Under the pieces are notes generated by a model. The model was not told the origin of the DNA and did not search any database. It worked only from the letters and a program-made list of their open reading frames with translations. A program made the translations under genes and the position numbers. From Chlorokybus atmophyticus (Eukaryota > Plantae > Mesostigma and Chlorokybus algae), in NCBI GenBank assembly GCA_009103225.1, contig RHPI01002076.1, positions 124,001 to 188,000 on the forward strand: a stretch of 64,000 nucleotides of DNA, written 5' to 3'. How positions within the stretch are numbered: the first letter of the stretch is position 1; every line of letters begins with the position of its first letter. This document shows positions 42,541 to 55,639 of the stretch, one piece after another.

Positions 42541-45094
42541 TCACTCGTCTTCGTGCCGAAACCAGCACCGGTGCGCGCCGTGGCGGCAGGCAGCCAGCGT
42601 GCCGTAGCGGCACATGCGGTCGTAGCGCCGCACTCGCTGTCGCATGTTCAAGTTGTGGTCACCGGCATTACCACCGTGCTGACGTTGTATGTCAACTTGA
42701 AACCTCAGGATGATATCATCATCGTCATCCACCTGTGGCTCAGGCGGCGGGCGCTTGAAAAGTCCGCACTGGCAGCCTGGCCGGCCGTGCTGGTTGTTGG
42801 CGTTGGGACTCTGATTGACATATGCGACGCCGCACTGAACACGCAGACAATAAGTAGTCCAAGTCTGCATGACAACGTGACTCACTTCTAATGTAGGTTG
42901 TACGATACAACACACGCTCATCATATCAATCAATGCGTGCGCGTGCGTGGATGCTTGAATACTACGCGCATAGTGCGTGCATTGATGTGCATGTGCACGC
43001 ACATCATGTTCGTGCACATGCACACCAACGAACGCACACACTGTGCATGCGCGTACATGCATGCGTGCACAAATCTGGGAACATGTGATGCAATCTGTGT
43101 CATGCAGTGCTTAATAAGCATGCGGTGCGCACCTGATAGCAGAAGGCTGATCTGCAGCGGCACAGCAAGAAGTTGCAGCCGTCAGGGTTCCTTTCCACCA
43201 TATGCTTGCAACTCGGACATTGACGCCAATGTTTCTGCTGAGCCAGGTGCAACAGCTGCAAATCTTCTGCCGTCCTGTTTAGAAAACCAAGCAACTTAGA
43301 ACTGCTAGATGTTGTGCTCAGCTGTTGTGCTCAGCAAGTGTGTACACAGAGTTATACCTCAGGTGGTCAGGCAGCGCCTGATACTCTTCGCAGGAGTAGC
43401 CGGCGTGCCAGCTGATCCGGCACGAAGCACAAAAAGGGCGGTGGCAGTTGACACAGTTAGTTATGCCTTCCGGGTCAGGAATGTCCATAACAGTATCGCA
43501 TTGCGCATACGGGCAGTACACTACGTTCTCCATGCCGGCCTCATCCGCCAGATGTTGGAAGAGAGCCACCTGCTCGGCATCACCTTGAACAATTTCCTGC
43601 ACATCGTCAAGCCCAAAAGCCCACCTGTACAGGTGGTACGCATCTGTGCAGGTACTATGGGACCACATGGATATAGCAACGATACCGCGAAGGATGTTGC
43701 TACACGCATGCACGCACGCACTTACATGCAACCCGGAATTGCGCATTTGATTGGGTATTTGTGTTGCTTGAGCTCATTGCGGATGTACTCAGCCGCGCAG
43801 CAGACACAGATGTTGTGTTGGCAGACGCTCGCACGAGCGCTGGTTGAACACTCAGGCATGGCCTCTACATCCAGCGGCAGTGATGGATGGCATGTCCCCT
43901 GCAAACGACACACGTATTTATGCAAGTTATGACAAGAACAGTGACAATTGTTAGGCGGCATGTGTGAAACACAAAAGAGCTCACCGATGCTGGCACTGAT
44001 TCAAGGCAAATCATGCAGTCAGTCAAGTTAGGGTCATCTTCTTCACTTGAGGCCTTCTCCGCGCATGAACCAATTGCTCCCTTGAGCTTGCAATCGTCCA
44101 AAACCGATGGTTCTGAGATACTTGAACCCACTGCCACACGGAGTTGACGCATGTTGTCAGGAGTTACAACTCCTAACAACTGTACATCAGCTTGTTAACA
44201 ACCCGTTCATGTAAGGGCTATATACTAGCCTAGTAGGCTACTAGAACAACATAGTGTGCAGTTCTTATTGTTTTGAGTGTTACCTGTTTTTTCGCCTTCA
44301 ACTCCAACCGGCATCGGTCTCATGTAAGTGGCACCACGATCTTGCCACTCGTGCTCGGGAACGGCTGCCAGATACTTGGCGAAATCTTCATCGTGCGCGA
44401 CAACTGTGTGCTGCCTTTGCTCAACTCCTTGCAGCGCCTCTGCCACCTGATGTATGCACAAGCTCATCATGGTGTTGCATGTGCAGCTGATGCAATGGCA
44501 TGAATGAGACTGTATGCTACCTCGCTGTCTCTAATTGCCTGCAGCACTTGAGACAGGGCTTGAATCTGTTCGTCCAGTAAGGATAGGGCAACGTGCCACT
44601 CCGAAAGCTCCAGTGTTGCTGGCGCAACAGTCTTTTCACGTGCTGGCTGACTGCAGCTGCTGGTGACAAGTTTGGCTGCCGAGAAATGTCAGTAGTGAGC
44701 ATACTATGCTCACTAGGCATGCATAGTATACATGCCTGATGCTTAACAAAAAGGGTGCAGTTAGTGATCTGTGGAGCTGCAGCATGACAGACAAGACGCT
44801 CTTGTACTGAACCACAGCTAGCATGCTGTGCTACATGATACATGACCACGCATGTTGCTACCTATTCAAAGATGCATGCACGCAGCAGGCACCCGCATGC
44901 ACGCATAATTGCAAGGGCTCACCAACGTCTTCTTCTGCCAAATCGCCATAGGGAGAAGCACTGTCTTCAGGCTGAAGTTGAAGGCACAGCGCGAATACAG
45001 CGTCCTGCTCCAACTGCCGCTCCGCATGCAGCTCCTGTAGCTGGATCTCCAAAGCAAGGGCATATGCACCGCCACCAGCTGCCACCGCCATCAT
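42541..45094 (-). CDS. RBR (RING1-IBR-RING2) E3 ubiquitin ligase, copy A, with UIM-like N-terminus and C-terminal CCCH-like finger; 8 exons, intact
   Basis: AYALALEIQLQEL, HDEDFAKYL..EW, DCMIC..CQHNICVCC..CAIPGC (RING1), YCPYAQC..CVNCHRPFCASCRISWHAGYSC (IBR), CPSCKHMVERNPDGCNFLLCRCRSAFCYQC (RING2), CRYGTLAACRHGAHRCWFRH. All junctions in phase. Confidence 0.9.
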
Positions 45095-45149
45095 GGACGC
45101 TCTTTGACCGCACCAGCTGGCCACAGCCCAACACACATTCACATGCCTA

Positions 45150-46250
45150 TATAGTACTTACTTTGTACGCTGCTAGCTGAGGTTGATGTATTGTGATGGG
45201 CGTCATGCTATTATAGCCTCAGAGCGCGCTTAAACTCAAAGCGCTGACAATTGCTAACAATCAGCCGCTAGTCATGTGTGTGAGTGCACCAGTGATGGAC
45301 CTTGTCACAACGTGCCTTGCCTGCCGTAGAAAACCGCAAGGGCTGCGATGGCTCCAGCGCCAGCACAGGGCAAGCTCAAGAGAAGCTCGCCTTGCTCCAG
45401 CTTACGTCTACCGGGGCGTGTGGCCTGGCCTTTTAAAGGCGGTTAGCTTCCAGCCTTTCACTGTAAACCTGGAGGCTATACTACGGTAGTTGCATACTTG
45501 AGCAACACTGGGCGTGCCATGCGACCAGCCTGAGCCACCGCACAGCTTGTGACTGTGCGGCACATAGCTTGATATAAGACATGGTAATTGAGCACTCGTT
45601 TCAATGAACGGACTTGAGTTGCTTTCCAGCTGTGCTTACTTCATGCATGAGCCTAGCCCGTACTAGTAGCTTCAGTCTACCGCCTCCCAGGGTATATGCT
45701 TGTGTCACACAGTATGCGCCACTCAGGTCGCAGCGCAACACGAAACCATAATCAGCTACCCCTACTGTACTTGTTGCTGGCCCACCTTGGTGTTTCTTTT
45801 GAGCTGTAACCCGTGTCACCTTCAGTTGTACCAGGCATGTGCAAGCTTGCGCATGCCATGGAGTCTCGTCACAGAGGTGAAAGCTTGATGCACCCGCATT
45901 GAGCCGCAGGGCATGGTCTCCCACGCACGCCTGCCCCTCGGCCTCAAAAGCACTCGCGACGACACACCAGCGAGCCAAGACGGTCGCCGCCGCCGCCGCC
46001 ACCACCCAGCATGCTGCACCACACAAACATGGCAGTGCCCCGTCCGGGGGCGACAGTAGCAGTGACTGACTCCAAAACCATGGGCCATCCAGTGGAGTCA
46101 TTGCTACTGTCACTGATGGGCATCCAGCAGGCTGAACTCTGTCGTCGGTGTTCCCTTTCTCCTAGTCAGGAGCAACAGCGTGCGTGGGTTTTATACTCAC
46201 CAAAGAAAGAAACGCCTATGAAGGCGCAGCTGATCTGAGCTGAGGTGAGT
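45150..46250. repeat. Upstream block co-duplicated with each RBR gene (paralogs 52550-53390 and inverted 58330-59156)
   Basis: Shared strings such as ggcatgtgcaagcttgc, catggagtctc, cacgcacgcctg, gccgccgccacc.cagca, aaggcgcagctga.ctgagg. Confidence 0.75.
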
Positions 46251-46989
46251 TGAGCACTGCTGGCAGTGTGGAGATACTGCACCGCAGCTACAGGGAGGTG
46301 CAGTTCAGCAAAAAATGGTTGAGCAATCTTGAATTTGAAGGTGAGCGACAGTGGGTGTGTGAACCCTAGCATCATATAGAGACGGCCTCAGGGCATGCTT
46401 TCGCTGCTCTGCTCATGAGCAACTGGTGCTGCTAATACATATCAATGAGTGAGGTGTACTGCACGGAGGTGTTGAGATCTTGGGCTGAAATTGTACCACA
46501 AAAGTACATCAACACTGACGCAAACCTAATTTGTGCTATTGCTGCTACTCAGTAGCAGCAATAGCACACTCTAGGTCGAAGGCTTGGAGGCTTCAAGTAC
46601 AGGCCATTCGTGGTAGCAGCAGGAGTGACTAACATCAAGTCGTGAGGTCAAGTAGGAATGAAAGATCAAGGTTAAGAAGGCGGATGACGATTCTACTTAT
46701 CCTCTTATGTTCAACGTTTGTGCCAGGTACATGTGTGCCAACATTAGTATGCAATCAATGTGGTAGGTGTGCACGCGGAATCAAAGAGGTTGAACCGCTG
46801 GTACCACCGAGGTGTGAGCTCATGCATATATATACCACACCTCGCACGTGCCCATGCCAGCCTCTGTGCTTTGCGCATGCCCATGCCATGCCAATCGACA
46901 CAGCGTACGCTACTGAGGGCAAATGTAAACATAACGCCTGAAAGTAACTCTGCTTGCCCAGTGCCGGCAGCAGTGCAGCCAGCAGTTGC

Positions 46990-48830
46990 TGCCCATGGCC
47001 TATGAGGTTGACAATCGACGGAGATGCTGCAGGTGCTGCGCCTGTGGCTGGTGATATATAAATTCTATTATGAGTATACCCATACCGTATGGGTTTGCTG
47101 TACGTATGTGACATACGTACAGCAAAGCATGATAATCTTGCTGCACTGCAGGAAGATGTGATATGTTGCAACATACTGCTGTAAAAAGTTGGTGGAAGGG
47201 GTGGATTCTGCCAGCCCAAGATGTGTTTCAAAGCAAGTTGCATCGCAGGTGCTGGTTGTGTGACAGCTATACTGACAGCTTGGGAGTGACTGAGCGTGCA
47301 GTTGGTGGTATTGCCAATACCAGTGGTGGCTGCCACAACTGGAAAACACGGTAGTGTGGTTTGCTGATGGCTTCCTTTGTGTTTAGCCTCAAGCTAGCCT
47401 CCCTGGCGTTTTGAAGCTGTTTGCTATGTAAACACCGTGGTTGCCAACTACGTGTCTAGTAGATGGTCTGCTAGACAATCAAGTGTTCTGGTTGTCCTCT
47501 GCATAGTTGGCTGTACTCAGGGTGATGCAATATAAGAAAGGGTTATGGCACGTCTCTACACACCGTGCGACACGCGCACAAACAAGCGCGTATACACATT
47601 GAATGTGCGTGCACGCGATGTGCATACAATGTGGCGTGCATTGGCGCATGCATTTGTATGCATGTCACTTGCATGCATGTGCGTGTACTACATGGCAGTG
47701 CGTGCAGGTCTGTGTGCTCGTGCGTGCGGGCCTGCATGCATAAGCGCACTCCCATGCACACGGGTGTGTGCCGTAATGTGCATATGTGTGCCAGTGCACA
47801 CTCCGATTGTGAAGTTGTCACAGGCGCACATAGCGTATGTGTGCTTATTGCGAAGGGCCCAGGAGCATGCGCGCGTGATTATGCTCGCCCAAGTGCGTAC
47901 ACACTTGCATGCTTTGCAATTTTGCACACTGCATGCGTGCGCATGTTGTACGCGTGTTCATGTGCTTATGGGCGCATACAGGCAGTGCCTGTGTGTGCAT
48001 GCATGCGTGCGCATGTGCGTGTGCATTTGTGCACCTTCATGCTTGGGCCCGTGTGTGCGCATAATCAGCGATGTAACCCACAGGCGAGAAACGTATATAT
48101 GTTCGCGCAGAGGCACGCATGCACGCACACAAGCGTGCGCGTGCACACACACACACACACATACACACACACTGGCTGTACATGTATCCTTTACCTGGAG
48201 TAGTCAATACATGAAACCTTCTTGTGTAAACCTGCACGTACTCCTGCTCAGCACAACCTGCTTAGCACAATACTCACGCCTTCTAGAAACACCATATGTG
48301 TGTGCACATACACGTGCGTATATCATGATGGAGGCAGCATCATCTTGCTGCTACATGCATGCTGCTTAATCATGCTGGTATCTCCGTGGTTGAGCATGCG
48401 CACATTCGCATGCTCACACCTGCACACCTGTGTTAGTCCGCACAGCACATTCTATCTGTGTTTGTGTAGGCTACACAGAGCTGCCAGCATAGAGCATGCC
48501 ACAGTCAGTGTGCTGTCCGCACTGCATAGTACTGCAGCATTCTTGCTGGCAACAAGCGCTGCGTGCATGACGTTTGTATTCAATAATGCAGAGACACATT
48601 GCAGTATGCTTCTAGCTGGCATGCCAAGTACCAAGGTTGCATGCGCAGCACCTGTGAAGTTGAAACTCAAGGTATGGCTGTTCAGACGAGGAACTTGCTG
48701 CTCAGACATGTTTGCTGTTGTCAACTTGTCGCATGGTGCACGTGATAGGGAGCCAAGGAACCCGATGCCTTCGTCATGAAAGACATCTTGTGTATACCTA
48801 TTGATGAACTCAAGCGAACTCGCAAGCTAA
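46990..48830. repeat. Block X, direct-orientation diverged duplicate of 55640-58310
   Basis: Shared ggtgctgcgcctgtggc, tgata.tcttgctgca, aaaccttcttgtgtaa, gcagcattcttgctggcaacaagc, gttgcatg.gcagcacctgtga, aagacatcttgt. Confidence 0.75.
47540..48180. repeat. RY-alternating low-complexity tract
   Basis: tgcatgcatgtgcgtgtac-type alternation over ~640 bp, ending in (CA)n. Confidence 0.75.
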
Positions 48831-48992
48831 TTGGGCAGGGTACATGCCAATGTCAGTGGAGTTGCCTGCATGTCCACATGACTCGCAGGGACCCCCCTGT
48901 GATGCAGTCAACTCGGAACCGATCAATGGGAGCTGAAGTACACAATGTGCAGAATGTCTGAGCACAGCGACGGTCTTGGATGAGTCACTCAC

Positions 48993-49045
48993 CAATCAGC
49001 CTTCCCACCATTTCCATGGCATTGAAATGGTGGGAAGGCTGATTG
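48993..49045. other. Perfect 22-bp inverted repeat with 9-nt loop
   Basis: caatcagccttcccaccatttc-catggcatt-gaaatggtgggaaggctgattg. Confidence 0.95.
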
Positions 49046-50183
49046 TGTAGGGAAGTGGTATTTGTCTTCGTGTGGTGAGCTAGTTATGAAGTGTACATCA
49101 AATGCAGGACATGCATGTGGGTGTTGAACTCGCGTGCGGCATGCACTTGACACTATGCATGACATGACATGCGTGTGACACTTTGTATGCGACTAATCGG
49201 GGATCCTATCTTTTTATACACACACACACGCGGGAGTCCGCTGGTCGTTGTGGTCGTGATGATGTTCCTGGTCAAGGCTGACGCTGCCGGCCATGTGACA
49301 GGTACTCTGGCTGTGGGAACTACTTGGGGGTCATGCATGTAGGGATGGCCCATCGTAGCGGTAGAACCAGCACATAGCCTGGCGGTCATAAAGGTGGTGT
49401 GTTGATGGCTGCATGCTGCGATGTGATAAGCTGATTGCAACTATGCTTTTGCTGTGCAAGAATGATACAATGGACCGCATGCAACGAGATGCTAGCAAGC
49501 GTAGCTGCCTACCCAATACACGCACATGCCTAGACATTCACGCACTTTGTGTCTGCATGCGCAGTCCGTCCCTACCTTGACAAAACGTCCGACATGGCAA
49601 GGTACTCGCTAAGGCGGTGACGGCCACAGCAATTTGGTTCATGTAGTTGTGGCGCAATTATGGTACACTTCTTGTCTCATTATTACGTACAACATGTTAT
49701 ACGGGCGAGGCCTTTGTTGCACATCATGGCCGGCTGGGATCGCTCACACGCAGGCTGGCATTACAAATGCAACGGCTTCAACACGCGTACAACTGATCTC
49801 CACGACATGTGCTGATTCCAATTGGCACGTGTCATCATGGTTATTTTCACGTTAGCTTAAATAGTCTCTGGCAAATTGTTGGCCCTCTCCAGAAGATGTG
49901 TGTTTGGGGACCGACACTGTGCAGTACCCCACCCACATCATGTCATCATGTGTTCATCAGTGAGAAGGACTAGGCAGCGGTGTTGTTTCGGTCAGGCTTG
50001 GTAATGCACAAGCTGCCTGCTACTTTCATGCCAACTAGGCCCTACTAGTGCCTAGTTAGCATGACACTGCCTTGTGTTGCAGCTGTCTAGTGGACAGCTG
50101 CGACACAGTGCCAGTCCCTTAGTACACCCAACAAACTGTCGTTTATGCAAGTGAAGTAGCTAGCTAGGGAAGGTGCTCACAGG

Positions 50184-52545
50184 CTAGACATCTGGTTCAT
50201 CTTCATGGCGAAACCAGCAGCGGTGCATGCCGTAGCGGCAGGCATCTAGATTGCCATAGCGGCACATGCGGTTGTAGCGACGCACTCGCTGTCGAAGGTC
50301 CACCAGCACGTTGTGGGCATCGGCATTTCCAGCGCCGTCATCATCCTCTAACGCCTGCGGGTCAGGCGGCGGGCGGTCGAAAAGTCCACACTGGCAGCCT
50401 GGCCTGCCGTGCTGGTTGTTGGCATTGGCATCCAGATTGATGTACGCGACACCGCACTGAGCATGTAGTAATGAGTTGGCAGCTACATCTTAGCAGATCT
50501 CATGATGCGTGTCGTTGTGTGTGCATGTGCGCATGCATTAGTGGGTGCACAAGTACATGCGTCCGTGCGTGCGTGTGGGAATCTATCCTCTGGCCATGCA
50601 GAATTTAGTACACTGCATCGCTGCAGCAGACACCTGATAGCAGAATGCTGACTTGCAGCGGCACATCATGAAGTTGCAGCCGTCCAGGTTCCTCTCCACC
50701 ATGTGCTTGCAGTTTGGACAGCGACGCCAAAGTTTTTGCTGAGCCAGGCGCAACACCTGCAGATCTTCTGCAGTTCTGTTCGCAGACCCAACAACTTAAC
50801 ACAACAGTCAGCAATGCTAACTGTTGTGTTAACACATACACATGTTGTGACACCTTGAATGGTCAGGCAGCGCCTGGTACTCCTCGCACGAGTAGCCAGC
50901 GTGCCAGGCAGTTTGGCATGTAGCGCAGAAAGGGCGGTGGCAGTTGAAACAGTCAGTCTTGCTTTTGGGGTTGGGTATGTCCATGACGGCCTCGCACTGT
51001 GCGTGCGGGCAGTACACTCTGTTCTTCATGCCAGCCTCCACTGCCAGACGCTGGACGAGAGCCAACCGCTTGGCATCATGTCGAATAACCTTGTTCACAT
51101 CCTCAAGACCAAAAGCCCACCTGTACAGGTGGTCAACATGTGCGTACCATGAGACCACAACAGGCGACTAACGTTTGAATGTTGCCTGATTGTTTACACG
51201 AGCAAGCAGTGTAAGTGACTTACTTGCAACCCGGGTGCGCGCATGTGATGGGATACTTGTGTTCATCAAGCTCGATGCGGATGTACTCGGCAACGCACAT
51301 GGAACAGATGTTGTGCTTGCAGCCGCCGGCGCTGCTTGCACGGGCGCTGGTTGAGCACTTGGGCACAGCCGCAATGTCCAGCGGCAACGATGGATGGCAA
51401 GTCTCCTGCAAACCCCAAATATACTTGGGCAGGTATGAGAACAGTTCAACTAGTATGTACAGTGTTTCAAACAACGACAAAGCTCACCGTCAGTGGCACT
51501 GATTCAAGACAAATCATGCAGTCAATCAAGGCCTTTTCCGCGCACAAGCCAACCACTCCCTTACGTTTTTTCAACGGCGATGCCTCTGCCAGAGCCAGTG
51601 ACAGAGCCAGTCAGACTCAATGAAAACCACTGCCATAAAGAATGCACCCATCTTATCGGGAGTTTAGCAAAGTTTTGAAACAGCTACGACTGATATTGTG
51701 TTGGTATTGTTCGGGTGTTACCAGTTTCTTCGCCTCCAGACGGTATTGGTCTGGAATAAGTATTGCCATGAACCCGCCACTCATGCTCGGGAACAGCTGC
51801 TAAATACTTGGCGAACTCAGCGTCGTGCGCGACAACTGTGCGCTGCCTTTCCTCAACCTCATGCATAGCCACTGCCACCTGATGTACGCACCACTTCGGA
51901 GTGCGCTGTTGCTTCTGCAGCGCATGCATATGCATGCACAACACTTTTTCCACAATAATACGCTACCTCGCTGTCCTTGATTGCCTGCTGCACTTGACTT
52001 AGGGCTTGGATCTGTTCGTCAAGCAAGGACAGGGCCTCGTTGCACTCCGACAGCTGCAGTGTTGGCGCAACACTGCAGCCGCTGCTGGTGACATCTTTAG
52101 CTGCCCAGGTATGTCAGTAGCGTACACATGCCAGGTTACCTCTAACAGTACTTTCAGTGACCAATGGAACTCCAAGTGCACCATGAAAGACAATAGGCCG
52201 CATGTTGTCTGTCATGCTGGAGGCAGGCAGGAAGATGCCGGGTTATAGTTCAGTACAAGCCGGGATTTTATTGAACTACAACTTGCTGTGCTACCTGAAA
52301 CCATGAGCCCAAGTTGTTATCTCCTCAAAACTGCTTGCGTGCCTGCGCAGTTCAAGGAGCTCACCGCCAGCGTCTTCCGCTGCTGACTCGCAGTCATAGG
52401 GTGGATCAGCGTCGTCAGGCTGCAGTTGAAGGCACAGCGCCAAGGCAGCGTCCTGCTCCAGCTGCCGCTGCGCATGGAGCTCCTGCAGCTGGAGCTCCAA
52501 AGCAAGCGCATATGCATCGCCACCATCGCCATCTACCGCCATCAT
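50184..52545 (-). CDS. RBR E3 ubiquitin ligase, copy B, 8 exons; intact if exon 4 uses the acceptor at 51586
   Basis: Exons 52545-52365, 52100-51967, 51878-51722, 51585-51488, 51405-51224, 51120-50854, 50775-50634, 50456-50184. Same RING1-IBR-RING2 and CRYGNLDACRYGMHRCWFRH tail as copy A. Confidence 0.8.
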
Positions 52546-54870
52546 AAAGGATTCTTAAGCAAACCAGCCAGCCGCTTAACACCATCCTTGCCTTGGACTC
52601 TCGGGTGCTGAATGGCCTCAGGCAGCATGCGTACAAAGTACGCATGCTGAAGTGGATGTGACGTGATAAGCATTTCCTCACAGCGCAGAAACAATTGCTG
52701 TCAACTGCCATTGGTCAGCCGTCCAATCATCAGTGTGGGATTGCACAACGTGCCTTGCTGTTAAACCTGGGTGGGGCTGCAATGGTAACTACAGAACCGC
52801 CGGTGGAGCAAGGCTTGCTCCAGCCAAGGCGGTTAGCTTCCCGCCTCGCACCATCTCAAACCCTGCTTGGTCTCCGCAGGGGCTTGCCTAACTTGGTGTC
52901 CCTTTGAGCTGCTTCCGACGAGAAACGGGAGGCTCCCGTGTCATCGTCAGCTGTGCCCGGCATGTGCAAGCTTGCATGCCTGGTATATGCCGGCATGGAG
53001 TCTCCTCATGGAGGAGAAGCGCTTCTCCTCCATGCTAGCTCGGCAACCCGCACTGAGCCGCGCATGGCCTCCCACGCACGCCTGGCCATGGGCCTTGTTG
53101 ATCGTCACCTGCGCCCAAACACCGTGTCGGCGCCGCCCAGTGTCTGTGGGCCACAGAGCAGGGCCGGCCGCCGCCGCCACCCAGCACACTGCACTACAAA
53201 CACGCCCCCAGCACTGCGTCAGGGCACTGGCCTGGGAGTCTTTGCCACGTTCATCGCAAGCAAGCTATACTCTGGTAGCGACGGCGATGGTGGACCCTTG
53301 CTTAGAGCAGTTGCGACACAAGCCTGCGTTGGAATCCTGATCAGCGAACAGGATTCGTCAAAGGCGCAGCTGAGCTGAGGTTAGTTAAGCGGAGCTACGG
53401 TAATAGTGACACTGCTAAGTGCTGCTAGCTTACTACTCAGTAGGCTAGCACAGTGCATGCTGCTGCTGCGATTCTAGCAGTAGGGATTGACTAGCAGAAA
53501 GACTTGACAGGTCACCAATCGGGTAAGCGAACAGGCAAATGCCGAGAAGGCAGGCGTTATTCTTTAGCTTGTGGTGCAAGATACATGCGTGCCATCGAGT
53601 AGCTTGCATGCATGCACTATCACATGGCATGTTCAGAAGCTGAAGTTTGTCTGCTGGTGCTTTCATGCTCTATGCGCTTACACAACTTGCACACATGCCA
53701 CGGGATTTGCTCAATGTGGTCTTGACAGATTATAAGCAAAACGACTAGGAAATCTCAACCAGTGCCGACAACCCAGCCATCACACAATGAGTGCACTTCG
53801 CTGTTCATAACCTGTCGTCCATGGCTGCTGTAGTGCACGAGAGTTTACTAGCCTTGGCAGCAGCATGTCTTGTTTTAGGACGCTCGAAGGTGCTACATGG
53901 TTGACGCGGCATTAGCCAGCATATATGGCGGCGTACTGTACTACATGCTAACGTTTGTCGTTGATGTAGTATCAGTCGTATCCCATGTGACAGCATCCAC
54001 TACATTACCCTTTGGGGGTAACTGTTGATTTTAACATGAATACAGTGCGTTCACTTGTTATTAATGGTACAATTCTTACTGCTTACATTGTGCACCGGGC
54101 TGAACAAGTCAGGTCCGCTTGACCCAATCACTGGACTTCATTCAACTGGTTGTTGAAGCAGCGCCCGTCGTTCAGGCATGTCACAGGCTGTAAGTTGGTT
54201 GCGTGTGCTGTGCGTCCTGTACTTGTTCACCTGTCATTGACATGTGATGCCATCAAGTACTAAGCAGGTGTGGCGTCAATCTCATGCCTAGAGTCCTTGT
54301 TGCGAAGGTCACAGATTATGTTTTCTTATTTATTTATTGTACTTGAGCCTAGACTGCGCAGCCTGCATGGAGCAACATTGTACGGTGTGACGCTTGACGT
54401 ACGCTGCTGGGTCCCCAGCCTTGGCAACAGAAAGGCGGCGCCTGGCTGCTTGCTCAGGGTCTTTCCCAGGCGCATTGTATTCTGTTTGGTAACGTATTGA
54501 CAGGTTTGCGGCAATTATGCAGGCACAACAACTCACGCTTTGCACCCGTCTGCAGTCAGAGAGGCATTCTGAAACTGTGTGCTCGCAGTCTTGGCTGCAG
54601 TTGGTGGAATGTTGTCTTTCTCGCGCTTGCTTCGGAGTCTCTCGTCTGCCTTGACAATTTCAAGCTTGCAGCGTGTGCGTGAACAGACAGCAAGACCCAG
54701 GCCTTTGCGCACAGGTGAGTACGCAAGCGTTAAACACGCATGCCTGTCAAATTTGAACAATGTCTCGTGTCCCTTCCTTACATGACCGGGCTCTAAAACT
54801 GTTGTAACCCATCACCTGTGCAATCTGGAGGCAGGCCTGCATCGCTTCAGCTCACCATTAACGTCCACAG

Positions 54871-55210
54871 GTCAACAACAGGCAACGTTGTCAAGTTCCC
54901 AGACGTGCAGCTTGTGGTTCAAGGTGGGATTATAGAGGTGGCTTCTGACACAGCACAGCAGCGTGTTGTACGACCAACTATCGTGCAACTGGCCAGATCG
55001 CTATGGTAGTAGTGGAATGCACGTGTCAGAGTAGTTCACATGTTCCTTGCGGACTGCGACGGAAACATGATTTGCTTACTGATCAAGGCAGGTAGCGTAA
55101 CTTGTATAAGTATATCGAAACAGTGCGCCGGCTGCAGTGCACCGGCTGCTGTGATATGGAGTATCTGCTGCATGTGTTGGACAACGTGGCCAGCAATGCG
55201 CTATGGGTAT
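54871..55210 (+). pseudogene. Highly decayed third BTB relic
   Basis: KFPDVQLVVQG followed by a GT donor matches KYCDVELMVQG of copy 2; downstream VQLARSLW**..HMFLADCD weakly resembles LELARKY..MAVLADTY. Confidence 0.35.
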
Positions 55211-55639
55211 GTTCACGTGCACCGTTTGTGTCCTTCTTAGATTGTATAATAAATAGAATGCATGGAATGTGGCATGCATGAGAGTGTGATACACACATGC
55301 ATAAGCAGTCTACTCACCACACCATGAAGCACTTGCATTGACCACCGGGCTGCTAACCTAGCCACTACCTACCTACCTTCTCTACTGCCCATACCCCAAT
55401 GGACATGCATGCATGCATGCGTTTGTCATCACTTGGATGACACCGCCACTGTGGCTGCCAGCCGGTGTGTTTGGAACTTGTTTGTATTGAATACAAAACT
55501 GTAAGCATCGGATATGGCATTATGGGCTCACAGCCTGATGCACGGCTGCCTGAGTGACTGCTAGACATAGTGTACTGCATCAATACAATAACCGTCCCGT
55601 GAATGCTTGCGCGCATGCCGGCTGGGAGCTGGTAGACAG

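Noticed and set aside
48749-48839. Kinase subdomain I-like peptide IPIDELKRTRKLIGQG
   Set aside because: The next plausible exon gives a stop and no further kinase motifs (VAIK, HRD, DFG) follow; the paralog in X' is broken
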